Source: Seison nebaliae
Lineage: Eukaryota
Direction of reading: 5' to 3'
Length of the DNA: 42,720 nt
Assembly (NCBI GenBank): GCA_023231475.1
Contig: JALJEE010000318.1
Span: 1-42,720, forward strand
The position numbers were made by a program, and so were the translations under genes. A model generated the notes under the pieces. The model was not told the DNA's origin, did not search any database, and was given only the letters and a program-made list of their open reading frames with translations. Of this stretch, positions 12,780-27,060 are shown piece by piece; the stretch's first letter is position 1, and every line of letters begins with the position of its first letter.

Positions 12780-13410
12780 CTCGCTTTCAACTTTGGAAAA
12801 CACACGTCAACATCATCGATTCACTATACTTCCTCGATTGTTTATTTTCTTGTTTTACTTTTATTCTCTTACTTTTAAGCACTTGTGATACTATTCCTCA
12901 ACAGTGCACGTTAAATAACTTTCTCAAAAGAATTAATTGAAAAGAATTATTTAAAAAAAACTTATCTAGACTTTTTGGTTGGATTCAAAATTTTCAACTA
13001 AACAAAAATTTCTTATTATCTAATTAAATCTAAATCTATTTTTATCGGAATTGTTTTTATGTGAAAAATACAATGGAAAATAACAGAGAATTCTGACAAT
13101 TGTCAATATATTCTTTAGATTTTTACAGATTTTATTTATTGTACTCTCATAGAATATATGAATGGATCATAAAAAAAAAACAATCACTATCTGTGAAATA
13201 GATGTAAGTTTTGTAAAGAATTATCATCATCAATAAATTTTTCCCATAAATTTCAAGCTTTCATTTATTTAAATTTATACGAATTATTTATCTTCCCGTT
13301 CATTTCCCTGCAATAACCAAATTTTAAAAGACCAAATCAATTGCGGTAAAAACAGATTCTTCATTACTTTCCTGTCGACCATATTCGTTGTTTGAATAAC
13401 ATTGTGGAAG
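12780..13410. promoter_or_regulatory. Probable bidirectional promoter region between divergent TNPO3 and FAF1
   Basis: Head-to-head orientation with start codons about 700 bp apart. Inferred from gene layout only; no specific elements identified. Confidence 0.4.
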
Positions 13411-16157
13411 ATGAGTTTGGATGAAGTAGATTTCAGTCCGGAGGAACAAGCTCAATTTCAAGTCATTTCGGTTGCTGTTTTCTTATTTCAATTTTTCTAA
13501 TTTATTCGTCTAATTTTGGATGTGTTAAGTCGAAATATGATATGTCGATCGACACTGTCGCAAAACATTATAAGGATTTAGATTATTGTTTAAAGGTTTC
13601 CATCTTCCATTATATTCTTCTTTCTTAATTTGTTCTGTTTTCATTAATAAAAATATTTTTGTGATTAAATATTTTTTTGATTAAATTCCTCTCAATGATT
13701 TAGATGACGGATGATTTTTGCAAAGCACGTTAAATTTCTCCTATTAGAATTATTGTAATTAATTCTCATTTTGAAGTGAAAACGTCATTGAGAGAGAATT
13801 TGGTTGATGAGACCGGTTACATAACAATTACCGTTCAATGCAACGGAGTGAATGATAAATTAACTGTGTTCCCTTACCAAACAATAAGTTAATAATTTTG
13901 ATGTTTAATTTCGAATTAAATCATAATTATTTGGATAATTACAGGAGAAATCCAAGAACTCATTTATCGTAATTTTAATGTTAAACCAGACGAAGTTGTG
14001 ATTAATGGCTTACCAGCATGTTCGAGAGATAAGGTTAAATGAATGAGAATTATAATTTTCTCAGGATTTTTAAATGGATTATATTCGATTCGTCATTGAA
14101 TCGAATAGTTTTAATCCGAATTTCATTTCTCTTCAACTGCCAACTTAGATAACAGAACGACTTATAGTTCTTATTTTTTTACTTCTTTTTTGTTTTTTTT
14201 TGTTGTTGTAGAAAATAGGAGATCTTGCTGGACATTTTGGAAAAGAATTCGATATTGTTCTAATAGCTCAAAATCGAACTGAAGCAAATAAATTATATTT
14301 CATTATAAAACCATTGAAAGTATTGTCAAATTCATATAATCAAAGATTGTACCGAAAGTATAAAAGAGATATCCGTCAAATAAAAAATCAAGAGAATCGA
14401 AAAAAATTATTTAACACTTTCTTGGGTGAATTGGAAACGACGTTGAGAAAAGAATTCCCTCTTCAATTTACTAAACAGAACGATCCGACATTCGGCGAAC
14501 TGAGAAAGAGAGTTCATCAATTGATCGGCGTTCGAACGAATAATCAACTTTTCCGTAATTTTAACGAAGCGTTTTTAGAGGAAGATAAATTCGAGGTACT
14601 GGCACAAGATCCATTTTTAGAAGTGTTTTATAAACCTCGACGTCAAATAAAGTTGTCTCAATTGCCAACATCTCATTATCGTTTGGAAGTGTTGAACAAC
14701 GAAGAAATATCACATTTGATGAATGATATTCTTGACGAAAATTTTTCTGATGAAGAAACGTCGGTTGAACAATTACCGAGTACGGGAACAATTCAACGAT
14801 TAAGTTTATTCAAACCATATTGTGAAATTAAAGATCAACCGATGGAAACGATTATGACTGATATTAATTCGCGCTTCCATACAATATATGAATCGGATCT
14901 TTTCCTTCATCGAGGATCGTTGAAGAGTGCTGTTGAAGCATCATGTTCACATTTGGTCAAAGACAGACGATTACTCATCATCTATATGAATCATAATGAT
15001 GATATCACTCATGAAATCTTTTGTCGACGATATTTGGGAACTTCAATAATTAGCGAAACTATTCTCAATAATTTCGTTTTTTGGATGTGGGATGTGTCCA
15101 GTGAAGATTATAAAAAACGATTCTTATCAGAGGTCGATGTAGCATTCTCGTCTCATTCGCTTGATAAGAGAAAGTTTACGAATTCAGCTGAAGGAAAACA
15201 ATTGAAATTATGGATAATAGGCAAAATCGAAAAATCTTTTCATATCTTAAGAGAAACAGGCGGTTGCAGTACTTTACAAATTCATTCCTCCAAGTAGTTA
15301 ACAACAATTTATCACTTTTTAGGTGATTGCGAGAGTCCAACGGCGTTGAAAGAACTATTGACGGATACAGTGGAGATCTTCACATCTTCCACAAAATTTG
15401 AAGCGGAAACACAAGAGAAAGAAGAAGAAAGTCGACAATTAGTTAAAGAGCAGAATGATGCTTATAATGTAGCATTGAGAATTGATCAACAACGAAAGAG
15501 GGAACAAGAAGAAAAAAGTTATTTCATTCACAAAAATCTTCTTCTCAATAATTCATTTTAAATTGATAGTTCGAGCTATTGAGAAGAAGAAGAGAGAAAC
15601 TGAAGAATTATCCATGAAAGAGAAAGTATTATATATGAATCAAAGAAGTCGAGCATTTGCTGCCCTTCCTGCACTACCAACATCCACCTCAAATGTTTTC
15701 ATTTTCCATCATTTATTTATTCATAATCATTTTCTTTTACAGACAATTGTACTTCGATTTCAATTTAATGGACAAGACGAAAATCAGGCACGACAAGATA
15801 TGGATATGACAGGTAAAAAATATGCTGACCAATCGAATGGTAAATCAACTGCAGCATTTGTGGAAAGATCATTTTCAAAGACAGATAAAATTTCTGTTAG
15901 GAAATTTCTATTCGATAATACATTTATTAATTTCTTCCAATTTCTTTTCAGAATGTATTAGATTTCTTAATTATTCATGGATTTCTCGTGGAGTTCTATG
16001 ACATGAAATCCAATTATCCGACTCGAGTAGTTAGTTGTCTTTCTCTCACAATTTTTTTTAAAGGAATTATTTTCAGATGAATAACATAAATTTGAATGAC
16101 AAACTTGAAGATTATTATTCAAGGAAAGAGATTGTTCATCTGGTACGAAAGGACTAA
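13411..16157 (+). CDS. FAF1: FAS-associated factor 1-like p97/VCP adaptor (UBA-like, UBL, UAS, coiled coil, UBX), about 11 exons
   Basis: UAS domain GSLKSAVEASC...DRRLLIIYMNHNDD..HEIFCRRYL...NNFVFWMWDVS, coiled coil EQNDAYNVALRIDQQR, and spliced C-terminal UBX (IVLRFQF...ERSFSKTDKI/NVLDFL...SNYPTR/...EIVHLVRKD*). Some 5' exon boundaries are uncertain. Confidence 0.88.
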
Positions 16158-16666
16158 TTCATTTAAATGAAGGAGAATGCGATGATTCGACCTTATTTCC
16201 AAAAATCGACATTTTTGAGAGTCAGTTATCAATTTAATAAGTTCGATCTGGATAGTAATCTGAAATCAATTTATCCGACTCAAACGATTTGATGAATTCC
16301 AAATTATTCCAACATTCATTTTTCATGATTTTAGTATTTTTCTCACGAAACTTTTCATTTTCTTTCATTCATTTTCACATGAAATATTTACCAATCACCT
16401 CCTCTTTCCAATATTACAAAATATTACTAAGCGAAAATCGTTTAGATTTTCAACTTTTCACTTAAATTCTTTAAAAAAATTAAAATTATTTTTCTCTTCA
16501 ATTTTACCATATAATCAAAAAGAATATTCAATTTATGAATAAAATGAATTGGAAAGTGAAATAAAAGATAATGAAGAATGATGAGATTGTAAATGATTAG
16601 ACGTCTATTTAGAAGGAGATTTGTTATCAAAACTTTTAGCTCAACAAGAAATTTTGTTTCGTTTCC

Positions 16667-19519
16667 ATGGAGACCGAAAGTCAAAAGATTCTTCCACCTA
16701 ATCAAATCTCTGTGGATGACATCTTATCTTTAATTCACAAGTTTAACCATTTGCACACAAATTCCATTCTTTCAATTATTTGTCGCAGGGAAGAACTTCT
16801 GAATGATCATCGAGATGAAAAGATTTTTGAATTATTCGAGAAGAAAGATAAATTAATCGAACAATTACATGAACAGTTTTCTTTAATCTGGTAACGATGG
16901 AAAAATAAAAAATTATTTCAGGTTGAAATTTGCTGAGGAGAATCAACTGGTAACAATTAAAGAATATGAACTTGAAAAAGACAAAGTTATTTTCGAGTAA
17001 AATACTCCGAAATCTTTGAAATTGATGTTTAAAATCATTTTTGAAAATTGTTAATTATAGCTGAAAAAGGAAATGGTGGAAATGCTCGAAGAAGAAAAAC
17101 AGAAAAGTCGAAAGAAGTATGAGATGATGTGTGAAGATTTACAGTTATTTCTTTCGAATTTTTTCTTAAACTTATGAAAAATTCTTAGGAAAGAGTTCAA
17201 TAAGAAAGATATGGAGGTGAATGAACTTCAGGAACGGGAAAGTCGATTAAAATCGGCTTGTGATCGAGCAATAAACTGTTTCATTTTTAAATTAAATTTC
17301 TTATTTATCTTTTTGTTTCCTTTTTCCCTTTGTTACTTCTTACTTGTCTAATAATTGGTTAATTCGTGTTTGTGAAGTGTCCAATCTAACAATGAACAAA
17401 AATAGAGAATTAGAATTAGTAAATGCAAATATGACATCAGTTCTCCCATTTTTCTTAATTTCGTTATCTAATTTATTCGTAAGAAATATGCGGATATTCG
17501 TTCATCGTTAAACGAATTGAATGACCAGAAAGCGGAATTAGTACGTACAGTTGCCTTATTAGTTAGTTATTCTAATAAATTTTAAATTATTTTTTTCTAT
17601 TTTAAATGTTTAGAATGTGAAATCTGTAAAAGAAAATAAAGAAAAGTCGAATTCGATTACTAAAGTAGAATCGAGTGAGAAATTAAAACTGGCCGATTTT
17701 ACCGATTCATCAATTGAGCCGACAGCAGTAAAACTGCACCAATTTTCGTTTGTAGATGCAGATCCCAGTCATTTGAACTCGTGGAAAAAGAAGAAGAAAT
17801 ATAATTATGTTATCGATGATGTTGGTAGTTTCAATTTTAAATGATGATTAAATGATCTTTTGGAAATAAGGTTAATAAGTTGATGGAAGCATGTCAACAT
17901 TATGGAAGTGATATTCATAATAGTCAAACGGAATCTAGTTTGAAAAAGTCTTCCAGAAAATTTATATTCATGATGAATAAAATCAATCGAAGTATAATGG
18001 GATATTTGAATTATTCAAAAACGAATGTGAATGTTAATGCTCATGATTCTCATCATAAGCGATCATCCTCATTCTCTCCAAATTATGATTATGATTCTTA
18101 CGATTATTATAATAAATCTGGAGAAAGATTTGTAAGGAAAAAATCATCTTCAATGATAAGGAAAACGGGAAAAAATAAAACTTCCACTGCCACATCTTTC
18201 CTACACAACTCTACCACTAGCGCAGTACCAACACAAACCGATATGGTTCCACATAAATCCAGATCGACAGAAACTGATAAAGAAATCTCTCCAATTCTAA
18301 TGACAAATTACTCTCAAACCGATGCATTAAATGATAGTGGTATGAAATTAATAAGTGACGAATTGAAACATTTAAAAACTCATTATCAGAGTTTAACGAA
18401 TGATATCAATAAATTACAACAACGGAATACATCTTTAGAGTTAGCAGCACAATCACATAGTGAGACTGCTTCAGAGAAAGTGAAACAATTAGAAAAATTT
18501 CGATCAAAATTTCTCCATAGTCAAACTCAGTTATTATTTCCATAATAATCATAACTGTTTTCCATTAATTTCATCAATTACAGGAGTGCCAATTTCCAGC
18601 GAGATTTGGAAATCAAAGAGTTATCCATCAAGAATTTAATGGGGAAAATTGAAGAAGTTAAAATGGAATTGAAGGAATCGAAACAACGAGAATGTCAAAC
18701 TAAATCGAAAGAATGTAATGAAGTTTGATTTTTTTATTAAAGATAATTGAATAATTTTTAATTATCAAGTTGAAATATTTGAGAAGAAATATGGAAATAT
18801 TGAATGATAAATTAACGGCATCTGAAGATCGTACTAGTTTACTTAACAAACAATTAATAGAAAAAGTGGAATTTTCTTTAGGAAAAATTATTCTTATTAA
18901 ATTTCAGTCTCGAACAATGACGAATAAAGCGTGTCAAATAGCAAATTTGGAGAAACATTTGGAAGATCATAGGAACAAATATGATGTAGATGTTTGTGCT
19001 TTGGAACATGAATTAGATCATCTTCATCAATCGACTCATTGTCTACAAAGGAAAGTTGAAGAGTTGGAAAGTAAATTGCGTAAAAGTAAAGAAACTAATG
19101 GAAAATATCGACAAATTATTCAAGTTTCTAATTTTAATTTTTAATTTTTTTTAACATCTCCTAGCAAATTGTTGATTGTGTAACGAGTGAATTGAGAAGA
19201 ATTTCTAAACAATCAGTATGTATCCAAAAGAAAGAAGCTTTAAAGCAAATCGATAATCCGGAAGAAATGGCGAAAATGCTAAATATTTCCTTAGATAATC
19301 TTGCAGATATTTTAAGAAGAGATCAGAAGAATAAACAAAAATGTTCTCATAATTCAGGTATAAGAAATATTGATGTTTTGACGATAAATCAAGAATCAGT
19401 TTAATATTGAATTTTTTTGAATTTTCTTCCCTAATTTTTATAATACTTTTTTCTAGCCAGAGGCTGATGATATTATTAAATCGATAAAGAATATGTTCGG
19501 ACGATGTGACAGTTGTTAA
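16667..19519 (+). CDS. Multi-exon coiled-coil protein of unknown family
   Basis: A chain of E/K/Q-rich heptad ORF fragments (16667, 17617, 17880, 18770, 19192) separated by short GTT..AG introns. The last exon reads PEADDIIKSIKNMFGRCDSC* and ends at 19519. Confidence 0.7.
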
Positions 19520-19580
19520 ATTGGCCATGTTCAATTATGCTTGTATATATTAAAATTATTGTTCCTATCAGTTTATCTTA

Positions 19581-22500
19581 TCATATCTGTTTGATGGCAA
19601 TAAAAGACTTTCATAAAATTTTTATAAAAAAAATTAATAAAATTTATGGGAAATATTCAACGAATACTTACATTCATGTCATATTCATCGTCATCATCAT
19701 TCACAAATCGATCGTCATCATTATCATCATCAAACTCATCATAATTGTTATTATAATAATTTGAAGATTTTTGAGAAAAATAATCATTATTATTTTCATT
19801 CTTCCTTTTCTGATTTGATGAATGATGATGATTCTCATAATTTTTGACATTATAATCATCGTTAAAATAATCATCATCTGATTCATCCATAATATTATCT
19901 CGTTCCATAGTATTATTCGAATTATATTCAAACTTCAATTTCGTTCTTTTCTTTTTATTTCTATCCTCAAATGATTGTGAAGAGTTGGAGACAATATCAC
20001 TTGGTAATCTCAAATCATTATCGTCCCAATCATCAGAGGTATGTTGAAAGGAGTTATCATAATTATTTACACGGAAATTTCTCCGACCATGATGTCCATA
20101 AGTTGTTTCATTAATCGAATTCTTCATTGATTGTCCATCTTCTTCAGCTACATCACTTAATGGTTTTGGTGGTATTTTACTTTTAGATTTTTGGCGACTA
20201 GATAATTTTGATATTTTCCCTCCATTTCTTGTGGAAGACGACGGTGAGGCAGGTGGACGGCGACCATTCTTTGTATTCCATTTGGGTGAATTTAAAAGAG
20301 AATCATAATCAAATTTCTCATTCGTTAATAACTTCCACCATGTTATCGCGTTCTTTGCTAATTCAATTCTGACATTTTTATGGAAAATCTTCGAACTTCT
20401 TTTATTATTCGAGAAGTAGGACGATATGATGCAATTGTGTTCCAATTGTAAATTTTTATCAACAAAACAATTTTTCAATTGCTTATTTATCTCTTTAATT
20501 TGATCGAGTTCATTAGCACGTTCTTCATATTCGGCCACCCAGATATTCGTTATGTTTTCAGACATTCTGAAAAAAATATTTAATAAAATCGAAGTGAAAT
20601 TTTGTAGAAATGACAGAAAATATATTAACTGATCAAAAATTAGTTGGCGGTTTAAAGATATTGATGAGAATGATTGTAAAATATCTTCTGAAAAGTTTTT
20701 AATGGAATATCTCACTGGTTTGTCCCTATTCCACAATTGTTTTCTGACATAATTGTGTAATTCATAAATTGATTCATCCATCAACTCATCATCGAGAGAA
20801 CAACGCAATAATTCTCTTTTATTACTTTCCACTGACCGGTTGTAATATGTCTAAATGAAATAGAGAAGAATTTTTGGATTAAATGAAAAATCGACGAACT
20901 ATCAACAATTCTTTGACTTTCTTTAGAATATTGTCATTAATTTTTGATTCAATTTGATTATTTAACATTCTACCATTATTTCTATTACTCGTAACATTTC
21001 GTTTTTGCACTTTAAAAAAATATTGGAAAATATCAGAATGAATTACACACCCATCACTTAACATCAAGTAATGAGATAAATTCTGATAATAATCGTCATT
21101 TAATGATTCATCTATTCTTTTCATTAAAATTTCACAATTGACACTCTGACGATCCTTCTAGAAGAACGAACAATTTGATTCTCAATTTTTTTTTGTTGTT
21201 TAATTTAAAATCAACTTTTTTTTTAAATTGATCAAATTCACTTTTCAAAGAGTTTCGATATTTTATCGATCTAATATATTTCAATTGATTATCGATCACT
21301 CCCAACAAGACGGAAGTATGTTGGTTCGTGGAAAAATTATCATTCATATCGAATGGAAATAAATTCTTATCAAAACTAACGAAATTAATTTTGAATTAAA
21401 TTTTCTAAATTTAACAACTTTGCTAACATTTTTAATGCGTTTATTTCTGATTTTTTCATCTCTGTACTCTTTCCCAACTCAAGAACGATATCTGATACTA
21501 TTTCATGATATTCGATACTATCATCATTCCGATTTCTTTTAAAATGTGATGGATTGGACTTCATTTGATTTGAGAATTGATCGATGATTCTTAGAATATC
21601 AACTTCAAAACTTTTCAACCGTTTTTGTTCATACAAAATGCACTCACTTAAAATTTTCTTTGCATAATCCTCTGTTTTGCCATTCGATACGATAACTGAG
21701 AAATATGATTATTTTAAATAGATAATTCTATTTTTATGAAACTTTTATTCAGATCAATAATATTTGCGAATGGATATGTTAAGGTATTTCCCTTAACATT
21801 TGCATACGAATCACAAATGGTTTTGAGGTTGTGAAGAAATTCTTTTTCCAAATTTCCTTCAGCTTCATCCAACCTTCTCGTATTCAGTTGCACACAAACA
21901 CTTTCTAATTTCATTAGAATATTTTCAATCTGAAGAAACATCATAAGAGAATTTAAAAAATTGGACACTAACCGATTTTAAAACAATTTTAAACCGTTCC
22001 TCTTTGAATTTCAATAAGTCCATTTGAAACTTAATATAAAATTTCATAATTAAATGTTGTTTCTGTTTTGAGATGTTTTTATATATTTCTTTCGTTCTCA
22101 TTTTTTCACTATTTCTCATTCGTTCTAACCATTTCTCATATGCATTAATTTGTTTTAAGAAATTCCACTTTCCTAATAATTTCATCATAATTTTCTGGTG
22201 GATAATTAAAGAAATTATTTGAATGTTTAAAATAATATTAAAATGAAACTCTTAATAAAATGATTTGATTCTCATCAAGATTGCATATTGATGAACGATA
22301 TTTCTTTTTTGATTTGAGACTCTTATTCATGACTTCCTTATCCATAAAAGATTGGTCGAAAACAATTTTCTCCAAATCATCATGACTTTTCTCTACGTAC
22401 TTCGAATTGTCCATTGTCAATAAAATCAATTTTTGAAAGATGAAATTTTTGTCATTCAAATATTCTTCTTCAATATCCGGAAATTTATTAATTACATGTT

Positions 22501-24764
22501 TTTCTTCTTGGTTTGCAGATAAATAAATCGATCGATTCCCTATCGAATTCGTTTTTCGTCCAAATAATTCTCTTTCGATTAATTCGTCCAAAAGAATTGC
22601 CAAGGCGATTTCCCAATCACTAAACCGTAGTTTAGTTAAAATATATTTAGAATAAAAAAAGGAAGTGAAATAAACTTGTTCAATTTGTCTGTGAAAAGAA
22701 AATGGATTAATGAAAAATATTGAGGTAATAATAATTTGAGATTATTATCCAAATATTGTTCTCTTCTCTTATAATAATAGTTAAATAGGAAATAAAATAT
22801 AGATATCGATTGATTTGTCTTTTGAAGATTCATCGGCTTTTTCTTATTCTGAATTTGACCATCATACAATTCATGAATCGTTAACTGATTAATATCCGAT
22901 GACTCGAAATACTTTTTATACAAAAGATTTGCTATGGAATTATTTTTTTGCAGTTTTATCAAATTGTGTGAAGAACTCAATTTCTTTAAGAAATTATGTT
23001 CCATTTGACGAAGTTGACTAATCGACACAAGATTCGTCGATTTGCCTGCTTTTAAAAATTTCCCATTTTTCTTCATTTGAAATTTATGTACCATACAAGT
23101 GATGAATAAGGATAATAGGAAACAGAAAACTGCTGACGAAAGAAAAACAGCCATATCATAGCCCGTGTATTGCTGTTTGATAAATTGAAGATTTTTAAAA
23201 TGGAATTTCCAGAATTAACTAACTGTTGTTTGTGCACCGCGTGTGGTTCGAAGGAAACATGATTCAGATCGTCTTGAAAGTTTTAAGGGTCGCCGATCTT
23301 TTAACATCTAAAAATATATAAATTAATTATTGTTGAAATGAAAATAATATAAACCACCGGTGTCAAATAAAAAGTTGCAGTTGATGAAATTGTAAAAGTT
23401 TTCTCAACTAAATCTTCGGTTAAATTCTTTTCGTTCTTTATATATTCTGCTTCGGCTGTTAACATTAGATAATGACCGACTGAATGAAATCAATGAGTTT
23501 ATAATGAAATAATTAGAATATAAGTTTATTAATCGAAAAGGTTAACCTATTAATTTATCTAAATTACATTGTAGATGAGAAGTATTTGAAGAGAATGATG
23601 ATTGACATTTGACATTATTAAACTTATCGAAATTTATACTTCGACGTTTACGAGAAACTGATTCTTTATATTCTCGAACTACGATAGGTGCAAGAAGATC
23701 CTCATTGATTTGATTTGCATGATTTGATTGAATTTTATGAACAGTGGCATCAAATCGATTATATTGGAACTGTTTATCAATCGACTTTAATTCTATCTGA
23801 TAAATATCAGCTAATGATGATTGATGATTGGTCAATTGAATACTGATTATTACAAGGTTATTATACGAATATTTATCTATGCTGTCGTCTTTTAGAACCT
23901 TTAGAAAATTAATAAAATTGTGAATTAAAATATTGTAAAAATGGACAACTTTTATGGATTTTTTCAAACTGATTAAAGGTAGAATTAATGTCAAAAAATG
24001 ATTAGAAAGAATCTGTTCTCCCGAACTGTACAGGAATGGTCCCACATTAATTTTATGAGAATAATCAATGTCAACAATATGTAATTTCCGTTGATGGAAA
24101 TTATCGATTAATAATTTTGTTGTGAAGATAAACTGCAACTAATATCAATGGAAAAAAAAGATAATAAAATTAATTTTGAATTGAATTTAACAAATTATAA
24201 CTTTACAATGGACTAAAATGTAATTCGTCGTTTTATTTCTGTTAAATATTTCTATATTATTTATATTCCAATTCAATTGCCAACTGCTTCCATTCTCTGA
24301 TTTCAAGATAAAAATGAACAGCTAAATTTAGTTGAAGAAAGAAAAACTTTTATCTAATTGGAAGTCATTCGTTCTTAAACTTATTTCATTTCCTTCTTTT
24401 TCATAATTACCAACAAAATTTATTGTTATTTCTCGTAATTCTACGTCGAATAACTTATCGGACTGGAGAACTATAAAAGTTTAGTTAGAAGAATAAAAGT
24501 AAAAAAAAAGAAACGAGCAAAATATTTTCCTTCTAAGATACCGATCGGCACGTAAAATTGAAAATGGATATTAATACAATTGTCAGGTACAATAATATTT
24601 GATTTATCATTGAAATTGTGACGAATTCGAACATCGTGTTCATTCTCACAGCCAAGTGTTAGGTAGTCACCAGATGGACGGTATTGTATTGATGTAATAT
24701 ATTGAAGTGTGTTGATGATATGAATGAAATTGATAAGAACGATGAACAATAAAAGGTTTTTCAT
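19581..24764 (-). CDS. Large multi-exon type I membrane protein: signal peptide, ectodomain with RKRR, one TM helix, long helical cytoplasmic region, N/D-rich tail
   Basis: MKNLLLFIVLINFIHII signal peptide at 24764; SRKRRS in the ectodomain; TM AVFLSSAVFCFLLSLFITCMV near 23090-23150; about a dozen ORF fragments linked by GTT introns. The 3' end is 19657 if unspliced, or 19581 via a GTAAGT intron at 19671-19608. That all fragments belong to one gene is inferred. Confidence 0.65.
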
Positions 24765-25279
24765 AATTATCAAAGGGAATAAAATTGTTCCTCGTCGATA
24801 AATGAGAGAGAAATCAGATCAGTATCATTATCGAATCGATGGAACATTTAGAAGAATCTGAACGAATTAACTGGTTATATAATAAAAATTATAATTAACC
24901 CAATTCTCATACGAGAAATGGTTGGCTAAAACGAGAATGTATATCATGAGACGTAATAAGGAATTATGTCATTTAATTCTGAGGAGAAAAAAAAAGGAAA
25001 AGAACATTATGTTACATTTCCAATAATTTATTTACAAATTTTACTGCGGTTGAATGTGTGGAATAATTCGGAGACATACGGAAGTATACTATAGTTTGCT
25101 TATGAAGGGCAATAATAATCACACAATGTTCATATGTTCAGTATAAGTAATAGATGCAATATGCAGAAATACCGTCACTATTCTCAGCGATTCATTATTT
25201 ACTTTCTCTTAGATGTGGCAAACAAGAATTAGTAAATTTTTTAGGAATCTCTATTACTACTAGAAGAAAATGGAAGTTA

Positions 25280-26070
25280 ATGCAAAATTTTCCCCGGTAT
25301 AATAATCACCTTCTTCTCATTTCATTTAATACCATTTATGACACTACATTTCGGAAAAGTTTGAGGACTCATAGTCGAAGTGCTATAGATCTATCAAATT
25401 AATAACATTTCCAACAAACTTTTACTACTTTTTGATAATGTAGAACAAACAGCATTATTAAAATATGATTCAATATTAGTTCACTCACATACGATTTTAT
25501 CGACTTTAATAAAAAAAAATAATCATAAGTACAACCATCCAAACTGACAACCTGTAGGGAAGTTACTTTGAAGAAGAAGAAAAAATACGACGACGAAAGT
25601 GGAGTCTACAAAATGAAAGAAACGAATCACATCTTCAAAATGGAATGGCGAGAAAAAGGAGGAGGCATTCACCGACCGCACATATATCCACAAGGGAGAA
25701 AACAACGGAACGTTATATATTTGGGTTGATTGTTTTCGTTTTTTAATTGTATATTTTCAATTCCACTATGACTTTCTTCCAATATTAATCGCAGATAAAC
25801 ATTATTGAAAGTTATAAATAAACAAGAGAACGATAGAAGAGAAGAAGTGGTGAGAAAGTTGAGAGACGAGTGTGTTCAATTCTACTTACGTATAACATTC
25901 GGAATCATAAGAACATTTATGCTCCCATTTTCTCCAAATGAATTATATTTTCTATTAACAGTTGCAATCGTAATGAAATTTTACATAAAAAACCACAATG
26001 TCATCCGTCAAGGTCCTCTGAAAAAATCGGAAGAGAAAATGATTGAACTACAATTAGAAATGGTTGGTAG
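25280..26070 (+). CDS. Possible spliced gene or pseudogene of unknown function
   Basis: Open, charged segments (GSYFEEEEKIRRRKWSLQNERNESHLQNGMARKRRRHSP...; INKQENDRREEVVRKLRDEC) are flanked by GTT/AG signals, but I could not build one unambiguous model. Confidence 0.3.
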
Positions 26071-26919
26071 TAAGGTAAAACATTTGTCATTAAGCATTTC
26101 TTTTCCTTCCAAACGAAATAGCAAATTTATTTTATATTAATTATCTGTAATTTTTTTAAAAATTCAGTCACGAAAAATATGGGAATGTTTGCTATTTCCA
26201 ATTCATTCATACAATTATATAGTTACAACATCAAGGTCGAATTGATTGTTGATTATTGCAAATAATTTGATCACCATAGTGACAAACAAAAAAGTAACAT
26301 GCCAATTCAAAGATAGTTTGCCAATTATGTAAGTTTAATTCAAGTATTATAGAAACTTTTCTCTCAAAACTTCTACTTCCAATCGAATTGTCATGAAAAA
26401 CTGTTACACAACTTTTAAAGAAACAGAGTTCTGAAACACAAGTCGACGTATAAGAATTGAATATTAGTCCAATTTTCCAATAATATATCTACTCAAATTT
26501 TTTTAAATTATATATCCTTTAGCTAGCGAAACATTTCCTCATGTAAATATTAAAATGAGCTTTAGGTTTTACTATTATTCTCTGATATTTCACCATTCAA
26601 TAGAATGATATACCACAATTCAACATACCGGTTTTCACAATAATGTTTTATGCGAAATAAGTCGTCCTATTACCAATTATATCAAATTATCCTTCTGGTT
26701 CTTTAACTTTAGAATAACTTAGTAGTAATAGTGATGTAGTAATTAACTATGTAGTATATAGTGACAATTAAATTTGAGTAATTGTTTGGAACTTAAATGA
26801 CTTATTTATGGTGAATCATTTCGATCGATCCAATTCTTGGTTTAATATGAAATTTAATATGAATTTTAAAGCCATCTAAATCGATTTCTTAAAGTACTTT
26901 CGAAATTTTCCGCTGTGGA

Positions 26920-27060
26920 TTCCCTATAAAATGACGAAACTTTGTTACATCAAAATTCCGTATCAGAATCGGTTGTTAAGGCTACAACTTTCGATCTTGT
27001 CTGTGTTGTCAATTCTTTTTAATTATTTTTGATCATTTTAACTATCAAGTTTGGTCTTAA
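26920..27060 (-). mobile_element. Possible Ty1/copia integrase-core relic
   Basis: The minus frame reads LRPNLIVKMIKNN*KELTTQTRSKVVALTTDSDTEF*CNKVSSFYRE, resembling the copia 'ENQTG.KIK.LR(S/T)DNG.EF' motif, with two stops. Confidence 0.35.

Noticed and set aside
19664..19675. ATACTTAC resembling a U1 snRNA 5' end
   Set aside because: It is the reverse complement of the GTAAGT donor candidate, with no U1 stem-loops or Sm site following. I recognised no snRNA, tRNA or rRNA gene in the window.
19513..19931. Ile/Met-rich ORFs and (GAT/AAT)n tracts
   Set aside because: Alternate-frame readings of the Asn/Asp-rich tail of the minus-strand gene.
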